From positions 4,517,535-4,581,534 of the forward strand of contig MU058844.1 in assembly GCA_013265495.1 (NCBI GenBank): a stretch of 64,000 bases of DNA, in the 5' to 3' direction. The position numbers and the translations under genes were made by a program. Below the pieces are notes generated by a model. That model was not told the origin of the DNA and did not search any database. It saw only the letters and a program-made list of their open reading frames with translations. Source of the stretch: Vicugna vicugna. Its lineage: Eukaryota. Below, piece after piece: positions 43,641 through 57,976 of the stretch. Position 1 is the stretch's first letter. Every line of letters begins with the position of its first letter.

Positions 43641-44745
43641 TTCAAAGAGAATGTCTATGATGACAATTGAAAATGTTTACACCTCTTCTAAAAATTCGTA
43701 TTTTAAAAAGTCCCCAACCCTCAATTCTCAGATTCAGTATTTATGTTAAAAGGCTATTGTTCACTTATTACTGAACTGAGAATTTTTATCAGACTCTACT
43801 AATAGAAGAGCCAAATCCATGGAGAAAGTTTGAAAATACTAAATACAGATGAAGTTAAAGAAAACATCAGTGTTCTTAATGCTAGAGGTCAGCAATATCA
43901 CACAAACAAAACATGAATCTAGGAAGAAATCACAGTAAGACTGGGAACATTCATTTCTAACTCACTGATGCTAGCTAGCAGTAGGAGCCTTCAGAAATGA
44001 AAACAAACAAAGCATAACCTTTTCATCAAAGCCATTTTATGCAAAGAAAAAATAACTTATTTCAGTTTATAAGGATCCAGAGAAGACACAATGTAGCTTG
44101 GGGGCTTCTATAGTACTTAAAAATAAAAGCATAAAGACAGATGAAGCAGAGGACACTCTGGGGCATATTTTTCTCTGGGTGCCCTTGCTGAAATCATGCT
44201 AGCAGCAACAAATTGCATTAGGACAGTGAAGAGAGCAGCCCAGCTTGTCCCAGTTCAGATTTGGAATTCTTCTCAAGGACCAGGTTACGGCTTTGGCATA
44301 TGTGCCTCCTAAGAAAGGTGACATTGCTGCCCGAGGCCCTACTTAAATCAGCTGTAGCTGGTGGGGCCATCAGGTAATGAGTGCTTGAGTCGGAAATGGT
44401 AATCTTCCTTCCATCAGGGAACAGAGGAGGACGTAAGAAATAAACCAAGAAAAGCAATAGTGCATAAAGAAAGACACCGCAGAGTTGCAGCAAAACTAAT
44501 AAAACTTTAGAGTCTGCCGAAAAAGATGAGAAAAAAGAAACGTATATTTATTTTAAGATGAGTGAAAGGGATACACACACTTATATAAAGTAGGTGGTGT
44601 ATCTATTTTTGTTAGAAAACAGAGTAGGTGCTGATATAGGGAAGTAAACTGTCCAGAGCTAACATACTAGATTTAATTTTGAGGGGATGGTGACTATCTG
44701 TTGGAGAAATTCAGTGATTTTGATAAATAAACTGAACAGGTAGGG

Positions 44746-44787
44746 GTGTATGTGTGTGTGTGTGTGTGTATGTGTGTGTGTGTGTGT
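44746..44787. repeat. (TG)n microsatellite
   Basis: About 20 TG units with interruptions. Confidence 0.95.
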
Positions 44788-45259
44788 AAGTCTGTGTAAG
44801 AGATACAGAGACAGAGAGATAGAATATCTGTACTGCTTTAACTTCTGTTAAACTGCTATTTATAGCTAGAAATATAATCAGGATATGTTTCTTGACAATG
44901 GTATTTTAAAGTGTGATGCTCACAGAATGACAGTATTATATGTGAAAATTACTGCCTCACTTTCTCTGTGGAACAGAGAAATATATAAATATTTGTATCT
45001 TTTTATAGGAGTACAGGATAAATGTATTATAATTTATTACCCCCAAACCCTGAAGGGGTAAATGGACTAAAAAACTATTAAGGCCAATTAGGCCCACGTG
45101 GTTACAGAGTACCATGAATATAACTCATTATTTGCATCCACTTGAAGTTCTCATTTTATCCTTACTTCATCTGTGAACTCAATTATCTATCTTTGCTCCT
45201 TTCAACCACAGTCCCTGTCTCTTATAGATGGACATTTTCTCTTTTTTGGATCATTAAAG

Positions 45260-45400
45260 CCAGCCTTCCTTCTTTCCTTCCATCCTTCCTTAATTCCTCC
45301 TTCCCTCCCTCCCTTTCACTCTCCGTCCCTTCTTCCTTTGTTATATCCCTTGTTCTCTCCTTGGCTCCTTCCCTCCCTCCTTCCCTCTCTCCCTTCCTCC
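45260..45400. repeat. CT-rich low-complexity tract
   Basis: Degenerate (CCTT/CCCT)n array. Confidence 0.8.
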
Positions 45401-46089
45401 TGTCTTGTATTCAGTGAGTGTAGTTTAAGCTCACTATATGGCAGACACTGTGCTGGATGGCAAGATTACACAGCTGAAGAGGACACACCGTCCCTGCTCC
45501 CAAGAAACTCAGGTTCAGTTAGACAGAGAGATATAAGCACAAATAATTAAGGTGCTGCTCAATAAATGCTATATCAAAGGAATTCATAGTTGCTCCATTT
45601 AAAAGTTCATAACCCAGGAAAGTAGAATAGCTATCATTATTTTCAGTTTACACATATGATAAAAGGATTAGAGAAGTCAAATGACACATTAAAATTAATA
45701 ATCCTCAAACAGTGAGTAGGCTGCATTGGTTGCATGAAGTATTTATGTTGCTGTTTCCAGAATCACCATGCTGCCACTTCAGTGTCATCCTTCATTATAT
45801 CCTAAATCTGTAGGACACTAACGTTACTTCTTTTCTTTGTGACTGTTACTTTACTTCTAGTTCCTTTGTGTCACCTTCATTGCTAGATCTTTCTCAACTA
45901 CCCCTGTAGCTAATATAGAATAATTTATTTTTTGCAACAAAGAATTGACCGTCTTTCCCTTATTTTCCAATTGTTCAATATAATATAGAATGCTTTCAGT
46001 GTTATGAATTAGTTTATTAAATTAGTTTGCATCCTGTTGAAAGTTAGAGAGATCTTAGCTCTTGAAGGATGAGATATGGTTCATAATAA

Positions 46090-49000
46090 GTTTTTAATTA
46101 ATAAACTTAATTTTTTAGGACAGTTTTAAGTTCAGGCCAAAACTGAACAGAAAGTACAGAGTTCCCATGTACTCCCAGTCCCCCGCCGCAACAGAGCTCC
46201 CCACACTAAACATATCCCACACTACACTGGTTCATTAGTTGTAACAGATGAACATACATTGAACATAATTATTACCCAAAGCCGATTGTTTACATTAGGA
46301 TTCAGTCTTGGTATTGCACATTCTGAGTTTTGACAAACGTATAATGACATGTATACACTATTGCAGTATCATACAGAATAGTTCCACTACCTTAAAAAAA
46401 ACCTCTGTGCTCTGCCTAGTCATCCCTGCCTCCCCTCAAAACCTTGATCCTTTTACTGTCCCCATAGTTCTGCCTTTTCAGAGTCACATAGTTGGAGTCA
46501 TACAGTATGTATCCCTTTCAGATTGGCTTCTTTCATTAGGTAATATGTATTTCAAGTTCCTCCATGTCTTTTCATGGATTGATAGTTCATTTCTTTTTCA
46601 TGCTGAATAATATTCCATTGGCTGGATGCATCACAGTTTATCCACTCACCTACTGAAGGATATCTTGGTTGCTTCAGAGTTTTGGTAAGTTCTTTCATTT
46701 TTTAGTATATCAATTATGCTTCTTTAAAAAATTTTTTCCAGTGATTACCCTAGAGTTTGCAATATATTTTTGCAGTGGATCTAAGTTCACTTTCCAATAT
46801 CACTCTCCTACTTCATGAGTTGTGTAAGTATCTTATAAAAACAAAATAACCCTAATTCCTTTTTCCAGTCTCTTGTAGCATTGCTGTCACTCATTTTACT
46901 TATGCATAAACTTAAACACACACACACACATATGTAAGAATACATAATTGAATACACTGTTGCTATTATTGTTACAAACTGCTGTTAAATTAAGAATAAG
47001 TAAAATAAATGTTTTTATTTTACTTTCATTTATTCATTCTTCTATGCTCTTCCTTTCTTTATGTAGATCCAAGTTTCTGACCTATACTATTTTCCTTCTC
47101 TCTAAAGAACTTCTAACATTTCTTATATGGTAAAAATGGGAAACACATTCCCTCAATTTTTGTTTGTCTGAGAGAGTCCCTATTTCTCCTTCAAGTGTGA
47201 AGGAGCATTTTTTAGGATAAAGAATTCTAGGTTGGTGGTTTTTTTTTCTCTCAACACTTTACATATTCCACTCAGTCTCTTCTTTCTCACGTGGTTTCAG
47301 GGGAGAAGGCAGATGTCATTCTTATCTTTGCTCCTCAATAGGTGAGGCGTTTTTCTCCTCTGGCTTCTTTCAAGCTTTCTTTCTTAATTTTTGACTTTCT
47401 GAAGTTTGAAGATGATATGAGTGGGTGTACTTATTTGGTTTTTATTTTTCTTTTGCATTTATCCTTCTTGATGTTCTCTGAGCTTCCTGGATCCATGGTT
47501 TGGTGTCGTATGTTAATTTGGAGGAAACTCTCAGTTATTATTGGTTCAAATACTGCTTCTGTTCCTTCCTTCCTTTCTTTCTTCAATTTTTGGTTTTCTC
47601 ATTATGCATATGTTACACACTTTTAGTTGTCCTACAGTTCTAGGATATTCTGTTCTGTTCTGGATTTTTTTCCCCCACTCTTTTTTCCTTTTGCTTTTCA
47701 GATTGGAAGTTTCTATCATCATATTGTTAAGTGCAGAGATTCTTTTATTCTTTTATCAAGGTATAATTGATATAACATTATATTAGTCTCAGGTGTACAA
47801 CATAATGATTCATATTGCAAAATGGTCACCACAAAAAGTCCAGTTAACATCTATCACCCCACAGAATTACAAAAATATTTGTCCTAGTGATGAGAACTTT
47901 CAAAATCCACTCTCCTACCTCCTTTCAAATATGCAGTAACTATGGTCACTGTGCTGTACATTACATCGCCATAATATATTCATTTTGTAAGTGGAAATTT
48001 GTACCTTTTAACCCCCTTCAAGCATTTCATTCCTCTCCTCAGGCATCCACCAATCTGTTTTCTATATCCATGAGCTCTTTTTTTTTCTTTTAATTCCACA
48101 TACAAATGAGATCATGCAGCATTTGTCTTTTTCTGTCATGCAGATATTCTTTTTTCAGTCATTTCCTCTACTAATGAGCCCATCAGGGGCCTAATTTCTG
48201 TTACCGTGTTTTTCATCTCCAGCTTTCCTTTTTGATTCCTTCGTAGAATTTCCATCTCTCTGCTTACATTACCCATCTGTTTCTTGAGTGTTGTCTACTT
48301 TTTCCATTAAAGCCTTTAGCATATTAATCACAGTTTTCAAAATTCCTGTTCTGATCATTCCTGTCATTTCTGACTCTGGTTCTGATGCTTGTTCAGCCTT
48401 TTTAAGCTGTATTTTTTGCCTTTTAGCGTACCTTGTAAACTTTGTTGAAAAGTGATTATGACTGTGTCAGAGGAACTGCAGAAAAAAGGCTTTTGTAACA
48501 CAGAGTAAGCTTTGGGGGAAGGGAAAGCCTTCCACAGTCCCATGGTTAGGTCTCCGTCTTTTCGTGAGCCTGTACCCTGCACTATGGGTTTCATCACTGC
48601 TTCTCAGTCTTTTCCCCCCACTTTGGTGAGATGGACTTTCTAAAGGGGGTCAGCTATTTCCCTCTCTCTGGGTTGGTTAGGCTCTGATAAAACCCCAGCA
48701 AATTAGGCTCTAGTAAAATACAACTAAAAAACAAGATCTAGTAAAGATCTAGTAAAAAAAAAAAAAAAAGATCACCTTCACCTGAGGGAAGATCTTGTTA
48801 AGAAGAGCAGAATGCTCTGGACTTTTCAAAGTGGTTCCTGGAGATAAAACTCCTCCTGGAGTTTTTCCACACTGAGCCCCTAGCATTTCATTAATTGCTG
48901 TTCAAGTTTTCCCATGCCATCACTGTTTCCTAAGGAGGTTTCTGCAAGTGGGTTTCTGCCCTGGTCAGTTGTGATTCTCACTATCTATCTGCCTGTCTTT

Positions 49001-49150
49001 ACAATTTTGTGGGCAGTGGTTTGCCTTGTGACTTCACTGTTCCGCCAGATCGAAGAAGGGTAGTTGATATTATCAGGTTTGTTCAGTTTTACTTGTTAGG
49101 ATAGAGTGATAATTTCCTGTTTCCTTATGTGTCAGACTGGAAACCTGGAA
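46090..49150 (-). mobile_element. Cluster of old L1 fragments, including a nested L1 3' end at about 47745-48137
   Basis: Reverse L1 3' UTR motifs (tttcagattggcttctttcatt, aatattccattg, caggtgtacaacataatgattc) and ORF1/5' region-like T-rich tracts. Confidence 0.75.
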
Positions 49151-52100
49151 CCAGTTTATATTAATTTTAACAACGATGGAACAAGGAAGCAGAATGTTAA
49201 TGGTAGTGGGACAGGTAATAAGATATTTTATACCAGATTCAAATTCTTGGTTATAATGGACCAGATTTCCCATTAAAGAGTGAGTAAATTATAGGATATT
49301 TCTTTTAACATGCTTATGTAAGTTAGTTGTCTTTTGAAAATATTTAATCTTCATAAATTCTAATTTCAAGTGATTTTAAATATTGCTGTTTTAATTTAAA
49401 TATTCCCAAAATGGAACAAAAGCCCAGAAAACTACTGAAGAATTTGTGGTCAGAATATTTTAGGAAATTTCACACAATATGGCCTCCCCATATAGCTGAA
49501 AAATTCACTTTGGTCCATTAAAGACTTAGGTAGAACAGTTATCTAAGGAAGAACCTACAGTGTGAAATCATTTTTCTTCATGTGAAAGCTACTTATGTAA
49601 TGTGGCCACTAGTTCTTTCTCTACTGTGCTACTATAGTAGACAAGAGCTATTCATCAAGAAGGATTAGAAAGAAAACAAGAACAAGGAACAGAATGGAAT
49701 AGAAAGAACAAGGAATAGAATACGAGTCTAGAGTATGCCAAGCTAACTTTTGGACTTCCCTGGCTATGCACCTTTCCAGTTGTGTGACCTTGGCCAAATG
49801 ACCCCACCTTTCTAAGCCTCTGTCTCATCTCTTTCTCATCACCTGTGTAAGGAGAATAATGAGGTGCCTATCTTATAAGGCAGCCATATATGGACTGCTC
49901 AGCACTGTGTCTGGTGTATGAAAAGATTTCAATAAATATTAACTGCCATTGACTCTTATTTTGCACCTTATTTATTTACTTATTTATTATTACTGGGTTC
50001 CAATGACATGCCAAGCTCTGTGCTAGACCACAGGGATTCAGTGGTGAGCCCAAACAAACAGGTTCCTGCCCTTAGGAAGCTTAGTGTTGAGGGGAGATGA
50101 AAGATATAAATCAAGTAACCACATAAATAAATCATATTTTTGTGCTTGTCCTAAAGAGCTATAATATATAACTGAGGAATCTGACCCTATGTAGACCATG
50201 AGGGGCCCTTGGAAAATCCTGCTTGTGGGCAAAAAACCCTTTTGGATCTTTGTCTTGTGACATCTCTTCTTTCACCCTCATCATTGATAAATGGTCACCA
50301 GTGTTCCTAGAATGAAGCTCTGACTGTTTCATCTGAAGACATATAATTTGTATATGTGACAACAAAGGGAGAAAGTAGGAGTGAGCAATGTTTTTAAAAA
50401 TTCTCTGTTTGGAATTTTGTGTCTGCTACTTGCTAGTTTTTAATTTTTCCATAGAGAATGGAAACAGTGCCACTGCCTTGTAATGCCTTGAGTATGAAAA
50501 TAGAGGTTGTTCTTGAATGTTATCACCACTAATCACCCAGTGTAGAAGACAGAGTTGGGCATTGGTGAGATTGAGATTACATTCTCTCTTTGGATGCAGC
50601 TGCTGGGTAGTATCTGTAGAATACGACTTTCTGTATTTCTCTTTTTGCTAAGGATGGTGGCAGATGGGGAAGAGTTTACACTCAGCTGTTTAAACAAATA
50701 AAGGAACTACAATCATCAAGACACATTCCACAAAGATTAAAAATGTATACAATGATAGGTTATAATAGAATAAAAATGCATAGGATTGCCTCCAAATTTT
50801 CTACACTGTGAAATTTTTTTAGGATAATGGATCTGCCTTTTTAGGATAATGATCTGCCTTACTCATTTTTATACCCTTAATTAACTAGCATAATGCCTGG
50901 CTCGTATTAGACTTTCAATCAGTTTTTGTAGTCTTGGTGTATTCATGTGAGTTTTCTCTCACATGGGCAGGCACAAGCCAGCCAACAGTCTTCTGTGATT
51001 ATTCACAAAGAAAGTGAAGGAAAAATAGTTTAATATAAGCTTTTAAATCACTTTCTTAGCTGGAAGTTTTGTTTACTTTTTCTCTAATGGCCTGAGTATA
51101 AATGAACACCCTGAGTTTCTGAAAATATTGCCTTATGTGACTTTTTAAACCATATAGTACAGTCAGTCAAATTTCTTACATTTGTATGGTGCATTACATT
51201 ATAAAAGGGTTTCCTCATGTGATTTCTCCTTTAATTTCTACAAACAACCCCTGTGGAGATATTATTTTCCTATTTTATATACCAGCAACTAAAGTTTGGA
51301 TATGCCAGTTGCCTCATGATTATGCCGCTACTATGTGAAGTTCTAGCACTCAGACACAAGTTTTATACATTATTTTAAATAAGCTACACATGAAGACAGT
51401 TTTATTGTTAAAGTTAGAAGTTACACTTGCCTATTGTATTGGAAATTATAAAAATACATAAAGAAGAGAATTAAAGTTATCTATAATCTCACAGTTAAAA
51501 GATGAAGGCTAACATCTTGACATATTTCCTTCCTATATGTTTTCTATGCATATGTATATAATTTTCAGTTAAAGATCATGCAATATATTCAACTTTGTAC
51601 TTTTAATTTCTGTATCAGCCCAGGTTGGAACCTTTGCTTAAACTATCTGGGCAATGAAGTTTTATTACTATAAGGCCTAGAATACTACTACTTAGATTCT
51701 TATACAAAAGAGATGATGAGTAAGACTTTGCATTTCAGACCTAATTGCTATTGCTCTATTGTGTAACTTCTATGTGTTAGGCATTATTCCAGTATTCCAA
51801 GTCCTTTATGTGCATGAATTAATTTAATCCTTACATCAACTTTATAAAGTAGGTACCGTTATTATCACCATTTGGCACAGGCAAAACAGATTAGTTAAGT
51901 ATTTTACCGAAGTTCACACAGCTAGTAAGTAAAAGGGCTAGAAACTGAATCGAAGCTGTCTGAATCCAGAATTCATGTTCTTAACTACTACCGCGAACTA
52001 CCTCTCAAAGTCCTGACTCTCTTCTAGGATAGTATTCTGAGGAAGTAAATAGCTGCATGGATGTCTTAAAAACTTAGCACAAAGTTTTGAGACCTTAAAT

Positions 52101-52639
52101 GAGGTCACCTATAGCCTACCCCAAATTGGAGAGAGTGGAGCTGCTGGCAGATTGGCCTTCTTTCAAGGGATCATGGTTAGGGAGCTCAGCCAGAAAGACT
52201 CAGACAGACCTGGAGAGAGATTTCACTGTGGCATGCATGGGCCAGCAGGGCTGGGGTAAAACATTCTGCACAGCACACCTTGGAAGGGCAACCCATAGTG
52301 ATGGCTGCAGACTGGTAGACAGAGAATCTCTTCCCAGACTGGAAAAGGAATGATGGCCCACCTCTCTTTTCTACTGAGTAAGCCCTTATGGCTCTTGGAT
52401 AATGTGTAAGGGACATGGGCTTATCTGAAAAGGACTCCCAAGAATGTGGTAGTAAACTTTTTGCCAAAATGTTCGATGGAGGCTCAACTCAATCCTAACA
52501 TAATTTAATTTTAAATAAAATACAGTGGGCACAAAAATCTACCACACTTTTGTAACCATTGCCCTATTATTGAGTATTTAATTTATTGATATAAATAAAA
52601 TTGTAATAACGTTTAAAATTTAACATTTTACAGTAAGTA

Positions 52640-52965
52640 TTTTACAAAATGATAGATAATTCCTCAGTCATAATGTTGAGCAACAGAAACCTCACGCAAC
52701 AAATTATACACTCTACGACTCCATTTATATGACATTCAGGAATAGGCAGCATTAATTTATATTGCTAAAGTAAGAATGCAGGTTACCTCTGTAGGTAATT
52801 AATTCAGGAGGATGTTGAAGATGTCCGATATCATGATCTGGGTGGTTCTACAGGGATATCTATAGCTATAGATATAGATTTGTAAATATGTGCAAAAATG
52901 TATCAAGTTGTACACTTAAGATTCATGCTCTTAACTGCTCGGATATTATACCTTAAAAAATAAAA
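52640..52965 (+). mobile_element. L1ME-like 3' end
   Basis: Motifs ctccatttatatgacattcagg, tgatctgggtggt and gttgtacacttaagattcatgc. Confidence 0.55.
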
Positions 52966-53074
52966 AGATGAATAATCAATAGAGGTCAGACATTCAGGAC
53001 CTCTTTTGTTTCCCAACTTAAACGAGTCCTTCTTTGTTTTCTTTTTCCATCTCATGGCTCAACAGTCTAGATTA

Positions 53075-53280
53075 AGGGTCACAAACTTTGACCTCTGGGT
53101 AAAATCTGGCACACTGCCCGTTGTATCTATAAATAAAAACACACTGGCACACAGCCATGCCTATCTTATGTTTTATAGACACTGCTTTCGCGCTACAGTG
53201 GTAGTGTTAAGCATTATGGCCTACAAAGCCCAAAAGCATTCAGTATCTTATACTGGAAAAGTCTGCTGCTTCTTAGTCTA
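53075..53280 (+). mobile_element. MER58A-like DNA transposon
   Basis: Pattern agggtcacaaactt...aaaatctggc...ggcacacagccatgcc...tatggcctacaaagccc. Confidence 0.6.
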
Positions 53281-56200
53281 AATGACCTTTCAGCTCCCTT
53301 CCAATATTGAGATATTGACTATAGCTCTCGAGTCCAGGATATTTTCCTCTGGAAACTTCTCTAGTACTAATGCCAGTATTTCTTAGGATTTATTATTTGT
53401 AAAGAGAAAGTAAGAGGACCATAGCCCATTTTGTCTTGATCTTGAATCGCCACCTTATATGTTTCTATTAAAAAAAAAAGGAACAGAAATGTACACATAA
53501 ACACTTCCAAAACACTTACACGGGTTGTGACTGAAACCTAGGCCATGACTCATATAAAAGTATCCTTTGTACAGGAAGGATGACCATGAAATCCACAACA
53601 ACAACGGGATATGGAACTGGAATTTTATTCATATCAGGTTTTAGGATATGAAAGCAAAAAAAGGAAATTAGGAGAAAAACCACCCCGAGAAATCTTTCAG
53701 CTCCACCTCTGCAATGTTTCAAGTCTGAAAGTTGGCTAATGCTTAACACTTCTTACCTACAGGCTCTCGCTACCTGCTGTTTAAGGCATTAGAAAAGCGA
53801 TCAGCTTTTCTTGCTCTGGATGAAATTGCTGCAGAATAAACAGTCTTATAAGCCTAACACTTCTGTGCTTTCAGTGTGCTGTTCACCCCTTCCGTTTCTC
53901 TCCTCTCTTTGGAAGCTTCGTAGGGTTTCACAGCATCTATTACCAGCTGATGATATTAATGATGCTGATAGTCAGCCCCCAGAGACTGCTGTTTTAAGGA
54001 AGCTTTACTGGAGCAATCTTAATACAACTCTCCTGAGTTTCTTGGGTTTTTGTTTTCTTTGGCTCTTTTTTTCCCTTTGCTCTGGAGAAGGTGCAATTTG
54101 CCATTTCTTGCTGCTCCTTACATTTTCTCCCCTGCTGACAATTTGAATTAAGGTTGTTATTAAGTTACCATACTATTCCTTTGGGACCACCTTGTCTCTA
54201 TACACTGTAGGTAGAGCCTTTCCAGCAACCCGCTGTTCACAAAACAGGAACTACAGCAGAAGCCAAGCAATTCCTTTGTTGTTGTCGTTTCAGACATATT
54301 GAGCACTGCCTATGTACTGAGCATACAAAACAGAAGGCTCCTAACCTCTACAAGCTTACAGTGTTGGCCTTCAAAGATATTTAAGCTCTTAGGGCAAAAA
54401 GAGCAGTTAAAGTTAGCAAAGGCCGTGATAGTAACAAGCTTTAAAAACAGAGTCCACAAATGTTCAACTAAGATGATCTGAAAAATTAATTCTTCAGTTT
54501 TAAAGCTATGATCCCTATTTCCCACTTGCTCTGTTAGAACACTCCACAAATGCTTGGTGTTCTTTAGAGTTCACAGAGTCTGATGTCATTCAGCCATCTT
54601 TCTTCCGGCCCTTGGCAAGACAGGCTCTAGCCTGCCACACTTCTCTGAAGAGAGGGTGCTGCTCAGCTGGTATGCCCATTTCTGAGCTCAGAGGAGGGGT
54701 CCTATAAGGCCGTAAGCCAGACTTCTGAGGAGGGGGTGGTAGTCAGATGGAACTGATGTGGATGGAGCTACTTCTGCAATTGCTGCAGAAACTGAAAACT
54801 AGATTCATTTGCTGCTATGGGGACGCACTGCCTCTGTCAGGGTGAAGATGTGTTGCTGGGTGGATGCTCCCGGGAAATTAAGGCAGTCAGGAATCCCAAG
54901 GAAGCACACAGGGAATACATGGAAATGAGCATGTTTCCTTTTTTGTCTCCTGCTTCCCAGTTTTCCTCTATCATCCTACAGGAAGGAACTGCCAGTGCTG
55001 GGGTGAAGAAGCCTGATATGATGCATACAGGAACCATGGCAGTCAGGAAGCCCACCAGACACCACCAGAGAACAGGAAAGAGCAAGCCCCTCCTCTTCCT
55101 CCAAACTTGCAGGCTCCTTCCAGCTTCTCTTACTGTCAAAGTTTAATAGGCAGCAGTTTGTGTACAAGAAAATCAGTTTGCAGAATACCATCAAAAAGAG
55201 TAGGAGAAGGCAGGTTTGGAGCTGAAAGACAGTGGCTTAATATGTGGCATCATTATTTTCCCCATAAAGCTTTGTTCTGCATACCCTGATTGTATTAAAA
55301 TGATGGTGGGTACTAAGAAGTACATTATTTCACAACTGTGCTGTGGACCATTAATTATACTATCCAGGAGTGAAGAAGAAAAAGGGAAAGAAGATGAAAG
55401 GTTTTGAGGAGGGAGCTATAGATAATGTGCTAGGCATTGACTTCATTTTTAATTTGAAACATGATCATTGGTTAGTTAGGTGTGTTCTTAATATATAGGG
55501 AGTAGAAGAAAATAAGAAAAAGCAAGTAGAAAGAGAGGCAATCATTTCACAGAAAAGTTGTTGCCACTTCCCAAACATCATACAGTTTCTCTATACTATT
55601 TATCCTGTTCCTCGCACCCTCTGCAATGCTCTGGGTGGAACATGATACATAACACACCTAGAATAAGCTGAGCACCGTCGGTTAAGAAAGGTACAGGGAG
55701 CATATGCTTGCAATTCTCTTCCATGCATGGAAGCCTCCACGTGGTTTCTGTTTGTTTTACTGGCTAAATGCTATGCAGTTGGCTGTCATCTGGTATGTCA
55801 GTTGGTGTAACACACAAATGGCTCTACTTCCTCCTTTCCCACAGGCAGTATTTGTAATGGCATAATTATGTGTCCAGAATTCAAGCTAAGAGAAAAAGGG
55901 AAAAAAGTCATGAGCAGAGTGCTATAGGCTTAGACTTCAATGAATTAGGAGGTAATGCTTTATTGGCAAGTGTTCTTTGCTACAGACAACAAGGAAGAGA
56001 CCCTTGTGTGCTGTAAAATTTTCTCTTTTATTTCAACCAGTAGTTTATTCAGATTATTGTTGTTTTATTTTTCCCATGTCCTTGGAGTGAAATTGGCCAT
56101 ATTGTATATATTTAAGGAGTTCAAAGACCACCAAGAAAGATACACCTGAGAGTGAATCTTGCCTCTGGCACTTATCAGTGAAATAACTTTGATAAAACAT

Positions 56201-57617
56201 ATAAATAGGTCCAAAGTTCAGTTTCTTTTCTAAAATAGGGACTAAGAATAGGCTTAGGGTGGTTAAGTACTTCAACACTCTGACTTACCCATATAGAACA
56301 CTCCAATATTAGCCATTATTATTATCAGCTAGCATTATTATATAACTATTATATTTATCACTATTACTATTACAATTAATAATATGAAGCATTGTTATGG
56401 TAATTTTGTTAGCTATAGCTATTGTTTCTCCAAGTTCTAATTTACACTTGTAGATGGAAAGCATTGCTTGCTTTCCTTGCCCATGTGTCTTGCCTGAAGG
56501 AGCAGCAAGCTGGAGAAAATAAAACTCTATTAAGGGAAGTGAGCACGAGGCTATTCTGCAGCTGCTCTGTGTAATTCCAACACATCAGTGGGCAACATTC
56601 TGTTTCCAGCTTAAGCGTACCTGCTGGGGTGGTGCTCACTATGGGCAAATTAAGTTTGCATAACTGATGTAACACCTTGGTGATCAAGAGGGCATTTAAA
56701 ATTCAAATTGATATCATCTAGCAGTGCCTATCAATGAAATAACCATTTTTATTCTTCTATGCTAACAATGATATGGGAAATCAATTAAAAATAATAGTTG
56801 ATCTGTAAAGTGTTGAGGAACACTTCGTAATCTATCGCTAGATCAACACACAAGAATTTGAACCTTTAGCACTAAAAATAAATGAAAGATTCCTAATTTA
56901 GTCCTGTTAATTGCCCAGGATAGTGCTAGAGCTTATGAGATTTCTGTGAATGATTTGAACAGGGTTTTTATCTCTCTGAATAATGACACACGTGGGACAT
57001 ATACAGGAGAAGTAGAATTTGGAGACACATATGGCAAGGCTACAAGGTGGAAATAATTTGGAAAAATTTCCTAAGGTTTTGGCTAAATTACTTAAACTAA
57101 TTGGTAATCTCTTTCTGGATATGTCAAATAACTGTGACATGTTGAAATGATGTGCTTGGTTTTAACCACTTGCAAGTGAAGTTCCGGGACTCTAGCATCT
57201 GTTCATGTGCCAAGAATGTGACTAATGCCTGCTGTTAGTGTTGCTGGGAAAAGATGTCATTCTTTGGGCATTTCTTCTTGGTAATTAAAGAATGTCTTCA
57301 AACTCACTGTCCTTTGGGGGGAATTTTCATCCTCAGTCTATTTCTGTACTTGGAGCAAACACCTAATTTATAATTGTTGCCTGGTAGTGAAGACAACTAT
57401 TCTCTAGCCCCAGCACTTGCATCTAATAGAGTAAATTATTCCTCCAAAAGAGAAGGTTCAGATATTTTTTGCTTTTACATTTAATGAATACAATGCAGGT
57501 TCATGAGTGGCTCAGTTGTAACTAATACAAACAATGTAATCACTTATTCAAAAAGATTCAATATAGGTCAAACTTATCCACTTCTTTCCATCCCTAAAGA
57601 CCTTTTCTTAATTCAGG

Positions 57618-57976
57618 TGTGGTGGACAGATCATAAGATGCCTCTACTACCTGAGCCATGTTGGGGGATGCCACGTGGCAAAGAATTGCTGGTAGCTTCT
57701 GAGAATGGAGGTTGGCATCTGGTGAATCAGTAAAGCTGAAGATTTTAGTTCTACAACCACAAGGAACTTAAGGTTGCCAACAACCATGAAACTGGGGAAA
57801 CAGATCTTTCCCAAGTCTCCAAATGAGAACACAGCCCTGGCTGACACTTCAAAACCATATAAAACCTTAAGCAAGAGAAGCCATGTTTAGACTCCTAATC
57901 CACAGAAACAGACATGTGTTGTTTTAAGCCACAAAGTTTGTGGTAATATTATTATGTAGCAAAAGGAAATTGATAC
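57618..57976 (+). mobile_element. MaLR (MLT1E/F-like) solo LTR
   Basis: Begins tgtggtggacaga and ends with the typical MaLR 3' sequence ttgttttaagccacaaagtttgtggtaat...tagcaaaaggaaattgataca. Confidence 0.7.
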
